A DNA stretch of 64,000 nt, taken from contig OY969622.1 in assembly GCA_963701665.1 (NCBI GenBank), positions 1,152,001 to 1,216,000 on the forward strand. Direction: 5' to 3'. Numbering within the stretch: the stretch's first letter is position 1; each line of letters begins with the position of its first letter. The DNA comes from Candidatus Babeliales bacterium. GTDB taxonomy: Bacteria > Babelota > Babeliae > Babelales > JANWKD01. Of this stretch, positions 50,041 through 58,700 are shown one piece after another. The translations under genes were made by a program, and so were the position numbers. Under the pieces are notes generated by a model. It was given only the letters and a program-made list of their open reading frames with translations. It was not told the DNA's origin and did not search any database.

Positions 50041-51009
50041 ATGCATCACTCATTTTTATTAACCAATCTGATGAGCCCTCCCATACTTTTTTTCATACTC
50101 GGCATGCTAGCATCGCTTCTACGCGTTGATATTGGCATTCCGCAATCACTTTCTCGATTCCTTTCGCTGTATCTCTTAATATGCTTAGGATTTCAGGGAG
50201 GTATCGAGCTTGGCTATGCAGGCATCACGCTGCAAGCATTATTACCTTTATGCGTTGCCATTATTATTTCATGTATCATTCCCCTTTATACCTTTTTTTT
50301 GATGCGCAGACATCTCAATGTATATGATGCAGCAGCAGTGGCTGCGACCTACGGCTCAGTTGGTGCCGTAGCATTTATCGCGGGAACAAATTTTTTGGAA
50401 GCACTCGGCTATTCATATGATGGCTATATGATTGCTGCCTTGGCACTCGTCGAATCACCCGCGATCATTATTGCCCTCTTATTGGTAAAAAAATACGCAC
50501 CCGGAAAAAAATCAACCACTCGCGAGCATTGGCTCCATGATGCATTTTTGAACAGTTCAGTTTTTCTTATTATCGGCAGTCTCATTATTGGGTTTTTCAC
50601 AGACCAGCGAGCGTTTTTACAGCTCAAACCGTTCACCCATGATATTTTCAAAGGTATGTTATCACTTTTCATGCTCGATATAGGTATCTTGGCGGGAAGT
50701 GGATTACAAGAATTAAAAAAATCTGCCGTGTTCTTAACGGTTTTTGCGGTTGTAGCACCCCTTATAAATGGGTTCGGGGCACTCGTTTGTGCCTATTTCC
50801 TCAATATAAGTCCGGGTGACAGCTTTTTGCTAGCGCTTATTTCAGCGAGCGCTTCATATATTGCCGTTCCTGCGGCACTCAGAGTTTCTGTACCCCAAGC
50901 AAACCCGGGACTCTATTTGCCGATGTCGCTGGCAATTACCTTTCCCTTTACCATTCTGATTGGGATGCCACTCTTTATAAGTATTATTCAGTATTTTTGG
51001 GTATTATAA
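50041..51009 (+). CDS. sbtA: Sodium-dependent bicarbonate transporter family permease (SbtA-like)
   Basis: SPPILFFILG, AATYGSV, ALVESPAIII, ASASYIAVPAA and SLAITFPF. Confidence 0.88.
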   Translation: MHHSFLLTNLMSPPILFFILGMLASLLRVDIGIPQSLSRFLSLYLLICLGFQGGIELGYAGITLQALLPLCVAIIISCIIPLYTFFLMRRHLNVYDAAAVAATYGSVGAVAFIAGTNFLEALGYSYDGYMIAALALVESPAIIIALLLVKKYAPGKKSTTREHWLHDAFLNSSVFLIIGSLIIGFFTDQRAFLQLKPFTHDIFKGMLSLFMLDIGILAGSGLQELKKSAVFLTVFAVVAPLINGFGALVCAYFLNISPGDSFLLALISASASYIAVPAALRVSVPQANPGLYLPMSLAITFPFTILIGMPLFISIIQYFWVL

Positions 51010-51390
51010 GAAATTGGGACTTTGGGATTTGATGAAGAATGAGAGAAATAAGGATGGGAAGATTTCTTAAAGTAGCTAATGTTATGGGTACTAGCTACTT
51101 TAAATTACAACTAAGATTATTAAGCGATTTATATACTTAACAATTTGTCGATATCAGTATTTTCTGATAAAGTAGTTAAGGTTGCGTTTTTATGTATGCA
51201 TTGGTGGACCATCTTGGCTCAAAATAATAACTGTTACAAGAATTAATAACGGAACATTAATTTTTACCAATAAATCGATTAACTTCAAAAATGTACGACT
51301 TTTTAACACGGTTGCCCCTTTAAAAAATAATTTAAAAAGTAGATTAACAATGAATAGTATATTTCTTACTTTCATACATGGCAAGATATC

Positions 51391-54090
51391 ATGGTATTTT
51401 TAGTAAAAAACTTTTATAATTTTATTGCTAGTGAAGAATTTTTATTTTTAACAGAAATTCTTGCTTCATCAGTAAAAATATGTTTTTTCTATTTTTTACT
51501 TTCCAAAGCTTTCAAAACAAAGAAAATAACCTTTCCCTTAAGTAGTCTACTAGTACTTTTAATAAGCGGTTTTTTGGTGGATTGTGCTTGGATTATAAGA
51601 GGATATAGACACTTATTTGATCCCACTTTTGATATACGTTTTTGTATGTTCTTTATCAGATTAGCCTGGACTTTTAATATAATTCAATTTCATGCATTAT
51701 CTTTTTTTATTGAAAGTTTATTAGAAAAAAAGACCATCATTAATGTTCGTCAAAAAGTATCGATACTTATAAGTGCTGTCCCATGCTCATATTTTATAGT
51801 TTTGGGCATCGCTTTTTATAACTACCCTGGTTATAGAACTTCGTTTGAATTTTTTATGATGGGCGCAAGTTTTTTTTATATTAGCTCCATTATAATTTTA
51901 CCCACTCTTTATTTAACTCTAAAAAAGCTCAAACATAAAAACTATCCGGAAATTTTAAGAAAACAATTGACTATCTTTATAAAATATTTAATTTTCCCTT
52001 ATATGCTTACAGAAACTATTAATAATATTCTTATCATTCAGAATCTTTATTTTAATGCAGTTACAAGCACTTATACCTTGCTTCTTACTTTTGCCATTTA
52101 TTATGCTATGCGCAAAGTCATGGGTCTTCGTTTCTTGAATTTCCAAAATCATGTACAAGCAAGCAGATCTTTCAATTTTATTGACGATTTTAAAAATGTC
52201 CTTGAACAGTTAAGCCATACTAATTCTCTTTCAGAGCTCAGCATCGTAATGCAACTCTTTTTTAAAGAAGCCTTCAAGGTACCAGTACAACACACGCATC
52301 TTTACATTCGTATCCACACGCAACTCAATGCAAAAGCACAAGAACAAAAACCTGTGTTATCGACACGAGAACTTATCGTTGAACGCTATATTACCAAAGC
52401 AGATGATGCCCAAGATATCCTTGCCTATTTACGTGAGCATCGCATTGTCATTTATGATGAAATTGTATTTAATAATTTTTATCATGAAACAGCAATTAAT
52501 CTTCAGGTTATTCAATTTCTTGAACGTATTAACGCTGCAGTATTTATCCCTATTTTTGAGCACACCAGCCTTGTCGCTTATATAATGCTTGATCGCGATG
52601 GCAGAGCACAGGAATTTTATAGCGACGTTGAGCGTGACGAGATGATTGTTTTTGCAAGTTACCTTGGCAAAATTGTTCACCTTCTTCAAAATCGCAACCT
52701 CGGATTACTCATTGCTCAAGAAAAAGAATTGCGCGAAGAATTATTCCTTAAGCATCAAGAGAATAATCAATACAAAGAAAGTATCCGCTCATTTTTACGT
52801 TCAAGTAATCAACGCAAAATTGGCATCATATTTTATAAAAATAAAAAATTCACGTTGGGCAATCAAGCCGCCCAGGAACTCGTCCCTGTTGATTTAAATA
52901 CCCACATTGGCCATCCCCTCACCAAAGTATGCAAACAACTGGCCGAACACGTTCAAGCGTATAAAACAGCACAGCAAGCTTTTGCACAGGATGCTCAGGG
53001 CAATAAATTAATTTTAGTTGGTCTTCCCAACCTCGATCACACGAATGTCATCATCACCGTGTATTATCCTGAAATTGCTGACATTATCAAAAAGCAACTT
53101 GATATCCTTCACAACCCTTCTGAGTGGGATTATTTATTGTATTTAGAAACAACACAATCAGGAAAACTCATCAATCAGCTTGTGCCAAGCTCTGGCAGTC
53201 ATTTCTTAAATTTTAAAATTGAACTGTTAAAAACGGCGCTGAGCAAAAAGGCACTCTTATTACAAATGCCTGAGGCAGATTTGACGCCGACCGTGGAAAT
53301 TATTCACCATATTAGCTTGCGAGAAAAATTAGAAGTTATAAACGCACACACCCTTAAAAATACTGATCTTGCCATTCATCTTTTTGGCGTCAACCCACTT
53401 TTAGGCTTTGCCCAAAAGCCTTCGCTCCTTGAGCAATTAAATTCTGTCGGCACCCTCTTTATCCAAAATATTCATGCACTCGACGGAGAACTGCAAGAAA
53501 AATTGGCAGAATTTATTAAATATGGCTATTTCACGGTGTTTAAAGGCGATCAGCGCATTGTCAGTGACGTACGCATTATTGTTTCAACGCACGCCAACAT
53601 TGAAACGCTCATTCAAGAAGGAAAATTCTCACAAAGCTTATATAACGAACTCCAAAAAACGAGTCTCTGCTTGCCTCCTTTAACGGCACTCGCTCAAGAA
53701 GAAATTCAAGAGCTTGTCGAGGGCGTCACACAACAAGCATTGCACTCGTCAGTGTCCAAAAATTTACTTGCGCTCAACGATCGTGAAAAGAATTCTTTAA
53801 TTGATAATCGGCCTATGAGCTTGATGCAATTCAAGGCTAAGATTCTTCAAACATTGGCGCATAAATCCAAGAAAAGTAATGGCGTTTCTCCGCTTGAACT
53901 CGATTCAAATACAAATCTTACCGACCCAACGCTCATTCAAGCAGCGCGCTTAGGTAAAAAAGCGTTGAAAGACCCAAAAATGATGAGTATTCTGTGGAAT
54001 AGATTTAAGAACCAAAATAAAATTGCAGCATTCTTAGGCGTCAATCGATCGTCAATTAACCGACGACTTAAAGATTATAATATTGGCTAA
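51391..54090 (+). CDS. Multi-TM sensor fused to a degenerate sigma54-activator AAA domain and HTH
   Basis: About seven N-terminal TM segments, GAF-like region, GTLFIQNI...LQEKL, SDVRIIVST, and C-terminal NQNKIAAFLGVNRSSINRRL. Confidence 0.8.
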   Translation: MVFLVKNFYNFIASEEFLFLTEILASSVKICFFYFLLSKAFKTKKITFPLSSLLVLLISGFLVDCAWIIRGYRHLFDPTFDIRFCMFFIRLAWTFNIIQFHALSFFIESLLEKKTIINVRQKVSILISAVPCSYFIVLGIAFYNYPGYRTSFEFFMMGASFFYISSIIILPTLYLTLKKLKHKNYPEILRKQLTIFIKYLIFPYMLTETINNILIIQNLYFNAVTSTYTLLLTFAIYYAMRKVMGLRFLNFQNHVQASRSFNFIDDFKNVLEQLSHTNSLSELSIVMQLFFKEAFKVPVQHTHLYIRIHTQLNAKAQEQKPVLSTRELIVERYITKADDAQDILAYLREHRIVIYDEIVFNNFYHETAINLQVIQFLERINAAVFIPIFEHTSLVAYIMLDRDGRAQEFYSDVERDEMIVFASYLGKIVHLLQNRNLGLLIAQEKELREELFLKHQENNQYKESIRSFLRSSNQRKIGIIFYKNKKFTLGNQAAQELVPVDLNTHIGHPLTKVCKQLAEHVQAYKTAQQAFAQDAQGNKLILVGLPNLDHTNVIITVYYPEIADIIKKQLDILHNPSEWDYLLYLETTQSGKLINQLVPSSGSHFLNFKIELLKTALSKKALLLQMPEADLTPTVEIIHHISLREKLEVINAHTLKNTDLAIHLFGVNPLLGFAQKPSLLEQLNSVGTLFIQNIHALDGELQEKLAEFIKYGYFTVFKGDQRIVSDVRIIVSTHANIETLIQEGKFSQSLYNELQKTSLCLPPLTALAQEEIQELVEGVTQQALHSSVSKNLLALNDREKNSLIDNRPMSLMQFKAKILQTLAHKSKKSNGVSPLELDSNTNLTDPTLIQAARLGKKALKDPKMMSILWNRFKNQNKIAAFLGVNRSSINRRLKDYNIG

Positions 54091-54116
54091 ACACTCGTTT
54101 TTAAGGGAACCTATAA

Positions 54117-54212
54117 ATGTGGTATTGGTATGAAATATATGGCGTAGGATTGGCAACATTCTTTATAGTATATGGTATTAAGTGGTTTATTTTTGGAGAA
54201 AAAAAGTCATGA
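54117..54212 (+). CDS. 31-aa single-TM small protein (not in ORF track)
   Basis: AAGGGA upstream; MWYWYEIYGVGLATFFIVYGIKWFIFGEKKS. Confidence 0.4.
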   Translation: MWYWYEIYGVGLATFFIVYGIKWFIFGEKKS

Positions 54213-54388
54213 CACAGAATATGCACGCAATAATTGCTTTCATTCTTTACCAAATTACCTGGCATTTATTCTTGAAAAAACATTTTGTTTTTAAAAAAGA
54301 AAAAGAATTTTGGAAAAAAATTCTAAGTGGTATTCTTTAATCTTAAAGAGAAACACTAAGTAGTTTTGAATAAATGAGAGGCTCGAAA

Positions 54389-54847
54389 ATGAAAGCAAAA
54401 ATTCTAATTACACTCTTCAGCTGCACAATTTTTATTGTTATGCCACTTCTTAGCATGGAACAACAAGAAGAACCAATTGAAGTGATTATCCATAACTCAG
54501 TATCGGACAATCGTGAACAATCAGCATCTGTTCCAGATGATATTTCGGAAAAAGTTCCTTTACCGTTCTGCTGGAGAGTCGCATCTAATATTGTCGCTAC
54601 AGGGATGATTACAGTACCACTTGTAACTATCGTCGGCGTGGCAGCAGCTGGTCCCACTATATTCAACGATGAAATGGGCTTAGATACTCTTCCAACTATA
54701 GTACTAAGTGCCTTCACTGCTCTTGTTAGCGGCACATTATGTTTATGTGCCTGCGCACAAGGTAAAGATAGATTTAACCAATGTCGAGCCCGTGCCAAAC
54801 AAAGAGCGGCAAGAAAATTTAGTTTCGCCGTAGAAAATAAAGTTTGA
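54389..54847 (+). CDS. Secreted protein with a two-segment hydrophobic hairpin
   Basis: GAGAGG RBS; signal peptide ending LLS-MEQQ; two hydrophobic segments and a Cys/basic tail. Confidence 0.7.
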   Translation: MKAKILITLFSCTIFIVMPLLSMEQQEEPIEVIIHNSVSDNREQSASVPDDISEKVPLPFCWRVASNIVATGMITVPLVTIVGVAAAGPTIFNDEMGLDTLPTIVLSAFTALVSGTLCLCACAQGKDRFNQCRARAKQRAARKFSFAVENKV

Positions 54848-54848
54848 T

Positions 54849-55595
54849 TTAGCTATTCTTTTTCAAAGCCTCTGCTTGACTGCCAAGAAGCCCTTTTAAT
54901 GATGCCCAAAATTTTTGATCTTCCGCATATTCTTTTTCAACAGCAGCGTCATAAAATTCTAAAGCCTTAATGGCAGCTTCTCTATCCTGTGTTTTTTGAA
55001 CAACCAGCTCATTAACAGTTTTATTATGCTGACAGCCCATGTATAGCAATAATTTTGCTTCAAGGGGATCAAAACAGAGAAATTCAAGTGCAAGAGCGCT
55101 CACCAAGGCAGCAAGTATGCTAATCCATGCCTTTTGATTTTTGAGTACGATTCTACGAAAGAGAAAAAAGAGCCCTATCACTAACAGAAATGAAAGAACC
55201 ATGTAGCCATAATGGACCATTTTCATAGAAAATGGCTGCACTTCTTTTAGCATCATCAATGCACGCGCAATAAGGAAAAATTGTTGCTCTTCGGGCATTA
55301 AGGAAAGCCATTCAGGATTAGCAACAATGACGGCATTTTGCGTTTGGGGATTTATTTGCCCATATATGAATTTATTGAGCGGATTTATTTCGATGCCAGC
55401 TTTTTTTGGGCTTGCCATTTCTACAGCTTTTTCATAGCCAATAAGTTCAGCAGCTTTTTGGCCTTGCGCAACAAGCTTCTCAGAAGCAGGAGCTGCAAAG
55501 ACATTTTCGAAAAATTCAGCGGTTTTTGCTGATACAGCTAGCACATTAACCATGCACAACAGAGCAAGAATGCTACTTATTTTTACTAATTTCAT
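54849..55595 (-). CDS. M48 peptidase-like paralog lacking the zinc motif
   Basis: LMPEEQQFFLIARALMML aligns with TPNEQRFLIGHELTHI of the neighbour; TAAGGA RBS before MKLVK. Confidence 0.65.
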   Translation of the reverse strand: MKLVKISSILALLCMVNVLAVSAKTAEFFENVFAAPASEKLVAQGQKAAELIGYEKAVEMASPKKAGIEINPLNKFIYGQINPQTQNAVIVANPEWLSLMPEEQQFFLIARALMMLKEVQPFSMKMVHYGYMVLSFLLVIGLFFLFRRIVLKNQKAWISILAALVSALALEFLCFDPLEAKLLLYMGCQHNKTVNELVVQKTQDREAAIKALEFYDAAVEKEYAEDQKFWASLKGLLGSQAEALKKNS

Positions 55596-56397
55596 AGTGT
55601 TCCTTATGGGTAGTTTGAAGGTTATTACATAATAATTTTCGTTCATTATATGATGGATGATCTGAAAAAAAGCCAAAATGTGGATTTTCAGAGGGTAAGC
55701 TAAAATCTTTCTGCCAACGGCGCAATAACGCCATGCACCCATCATACGAGGTAAGTTTTGTTAACGATTGCTCGTCGGCAATGCGTTCTATATGTCTTCG
55801 ATATGCCAAATTAGATAACCCTGGCCCGAGCAAACTTGCATACGTCAGAATAATTGCAGGGAGGGTTATAGCCAGTTTTTGATACGATTGAGGAATTTTT
55901 GTTTTTATATAAGGAACCCACATAGCATAGAGGAAATATCCCACACAGCTCAGTAACAAAATAATAAAAAAGAGTGTAATGAAATTTGAATAGAGCGTGT
56001 GATTTTCTTGGATATGAGTCAGCTCGTGGCCAATCAAAAATCGTTGTTCATTGGGAGTTAAATCTTCAAAAAACCCTTCACTAATAAATAAAAAGGGCTT
56101 ATTGCTCAATGGTATGAAAAGGAAAAGCATTGGAAAATAAGCAAATGCATTCCAATAACCCATCGTTGCTAGCGCATAACGATTCATTTTACGAATAGTA
56201 AATGGTTCGGTCATGCCCATCTCATGAGCTATGCTCAAAATCTTTTCTTCTTGCGCTGGAGCAAGATGTTGGCTACCAAATTGTTCCTCTGCTGCCTGAA
56301 TGGCATAGTCATTCAGGTATAAAAAGATAAGGTTCCGGGCACAGAATAGTATACCTAGACCTAGGAAGATGCTAAAAATGATCAGTTTTTTATTCAT
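55573..56397 (-). CDS. M48 family zinc metallopeptidase
   Basis: NAFA, HELTH, ERIAD and SDHPSYNER. Confidence 0.88.
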   Translation of the reverse strand: MNKKLIIFSIFLGLGILFCARNLIFLYLNDYAIQAAEEQFGSQHLAPAQEEKILSIAHEMGMTEPFTIRKMNRYALATMGYWNAFAYFPMLFLFIPLSNKPFLFISEGFFEDLTPNEQRFLIGHELTHIQENHTLYSNFITLFFIILLLSCVGYFLYAMWVPYIKTKIPQSYQKLAITLPAIILTYASLLGPGLSNLAYRRHIERIADEQSLTKLTSYDGCMALLRRWQKDFSLPSENPHFGFFSDHPSYNERKLLCNNLQTTHKEHYEISKNK

Positions 56398-56762
56398 GAA
56401 CGCTATGTCTTTATTTATATTAGGAAATTTATGGAAAAATTATGTACACTAAAAATGGTTTTTATATTTAATAGTATAGCAGGTGGGAATTATTTTGCTA
56501 TAAATGCCAATTTTTTGCATAAACGGGTTCATATTGGGCCAGCAGCACAATAGGTCCTTCTTAAAAAAGTGCTAATCCTGATACCTAAACTATGTGTTCA
56601 AATATGTATTTGTATTGATTTTATTAAAAATAATGAGACAATATAACCCTATACTGTAGTTATTCAATCTTATTTGAAAGGATAAAATCGCGAAATAATT
56701 GCACCAATCTCTTTTAAACATTGCTTGTGACAAACAATGCACAATCTCATAAGGAAAAATCT

Positions 56763-57645
56763 ATGATGTTTCGTCTATGCAGTGTAGTAGTGAATGCCAT
56801 GCTTGTTTCCAATCTTTTATCATGTCAAGAAGCTGATTTGCTCAAATCAAAAGGATTTATTGAGATAGAAAATAAATCTTTTTTGAAAGAAGATTTCAAT
56901 CAAGTTTACCAGTCTTTCAATAATTTTATTCATAGCATGACTGAAAAACCCGAAATTTCAAAAAAATTCGTACATCTGAAAAAGAATTTTTGAATCTTTT
57001 AGACTTTAAAAATCGCTTTTGCTCAGCACCTCCAAGTTATAGAAATCCAAAAGAAGATCTCACCAAGCGACATAATAAGATTTACTTTCAGTTTATCCAC
57101 GAATATTATCAATTCTTGCGTGAACAAAACATACAGGAAATATCTAACGTTTATCCTTTTTTAGACAAAATGGATGAAATTGATTGTATGGCAAAAAGAA
57201 TATTTGGAGAAACTCTTGAAGTATTAGACAATGACTATCCAAATATTAAAAAATTGTTTTATGGGAACCATCAAGAACTGACCGTCATTACCAATATGAT
57301 CAAGCAGAGCCTGATCGATGGGCCACTACTGCTCATTTTGATAAATCTGGGCTGAGTCTAATTTGGGGTTCCAGTGATGATAATAATGAAAGCCTATTAA
57401 TTTGCGAAGATACTCAAAACCCAAGCCTTGAAAAACTTAAAATTCCATCAAGAAACTTTGCTCGTCAAAATGATGCTAGCTCAGCAATTTTAATTGCAGG
57501 CGCAGCACTTCAAAAAGTAGGGATAGATATGAAACCAACCCTTCATGGCGTCGCACCTATAAAGAACCCTCATAGATTTGCCGTCATTTCTTTTTTATTA
57601 ATTCCTGATATAGATATGAGTGATATAAAAACTGATTTTCAATAA
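56763..57645 (+). pseudogene. 2OG-Fe(II) oxygenase (IPNS-like) interrupted by two frameshifts
   Basis: The third frame (57295-57645) reads AHFDKSGLSL...PTLHGV...HRFAVISF (HxD...H...R). Shifts at the A7 run 56960-56966 and near 57293. Confidence 0.75.
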
Positions 57646-57653
57646 AGGCTATC

Positions 57654-58106
57654 ATGTTGTATCCATCAGCAAAAGTACTCATTAAACATCCTTCCGATGC
57701 CAAACAAATTTTAATGGTAAAACGTTTTGTTAATGGAACCATGTCTTATGAGCCTGCTGGTGGAAAAATCGAAGTCAATTTTCAAGAGAAAAAAGCAGAG
57801 AGCCTTGAACAATGCGCAATACGAGAAGCTCGAGAAGAACTAGGGCTTCTCATTTCAATTGAGAATTATATTGGCTCATATTACTTCTTTTGGTCCATCG
57901 ATCCAAAAAAATTTTCATCATGCGCCTTATTTATTGGAACAATTATTGCACGTGATAAAGATTTTAAAAGAAATGCTGATGCATGTGAATTACCCATCGA
58001 ACCTGCTTGGGTATCACTCAATGAACTTGTTAACAAAAAAGTACCTATTGATCCATTGCATGTGGGATTAGAGGGCCTAATAATGAATCATTTCAAGTTA
58101 ACTTAG
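57654..58106 (+). CDS. NUDIX hydrolase
   Basis: PAGGK...ESLEQCAIREAREELG Nudix box with an insertion. Confidence 0.88.
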   Translation: MLYPSAKVLIKHPSDAKQILMVKRFVNGTMSYEPAGGKIEVNFQEKKAESLEQCAIREAREELGLLISIENYIGSYYFFWSIDPKKFSSCALFIGTIIARDKDFKRNADACELPIEPAWVSLNELVNKKVPIDPLHVGLEGLIMNHFKLT

Positions 58107-58206
58107 CCGTGGGAATCCAAAACTTTAATACATCATTTTAGGAATTAATTTTTATAAGCTGGGTTGCCACACCTACTACGTTAAAGCTCCGTAGTTTCGC
58201 AATGAC
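58103..58206. repeat. Left-truncated palindromic element with a nested hairpin
   Basis: TTAGCCGTGGGAATCCAAAACTTTAAT...CTGGGTTGCCACA-CCTACTACGTTAAAGCTCCGTAG-TTTCGCAATGAC. Confidence 0.8.
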
Positions 58207-58257
58207 AACTCTGTTTTCGATGTTTTCTGTCCAAAACAAATATTTGGTTCTTGGCTC

Positions 58258-58680
58258 TTATTCAAGCCATGCCTCAACATGCTCAAGTAGTTCTTTAGCA
58301 TTTTTGAAGGTTAGCTTTTCAACTGCTTGTTCAAAGGGTAGCCAGGTATAATCGGTATGTTCATAGGATAGCGTAACGGCCTTATGGGCGCTTGGCGCTA
58401 CAAAAAAGTACACTTTTTTCAGCACAAGCTCATGCGTTTTGGGATCTTTAAAAAAATAGGAAAATGCTTGTTCAAATCCAGCAGCAAGAGTAACCTCAAG
58501 CCCTGTCTCTTCTTTTAATTCCCGCAATGCCGCCGCTTCTTTACTTTCATCTTTTTCTATATGTCCTTTAGGAAAATCCCAATGACCGTAGCCAGCGGCG
58601 CCATATTGCAAAAGTAAATATAAACGATGCTGCTTCGTCTCATGATATACCACAACACCAGCTGAAAATTCTCGTTTCAT
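58258..58680 (-). CDS. NUDIX hydrolase, asymmetric Ap4A hydrolase (NUDT2)-like
   Basis: SAGVVVY, YLLLQY, HWDFPKGH, ALRELKEETG and LSYEHTDYTW. Confidence 0.85.
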   Translation of the reverse strand: MKREFSAGVVVYHETKQHRLYLLLQYGAAGYGHWDFPKGHIEKDESKEAAALRELKEETGLEVTLAAGFEQAFSYFFKDPKTHELVLKKVYFFVAPSAHKAVTLSYEHTDYTWLPFEQAVEKLTFKNAKELLEHVEAWLE

Positions 58681-58700
58681 AGCATCCCTAATCTAAAAAC

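Noticed and set aside
51182..51403. Short ORFs on both strands upstream of the membrane regulator
   Set aside because: The sequence is very AT-rich with weak starts and no motifs; it is more likely a regulatory region.
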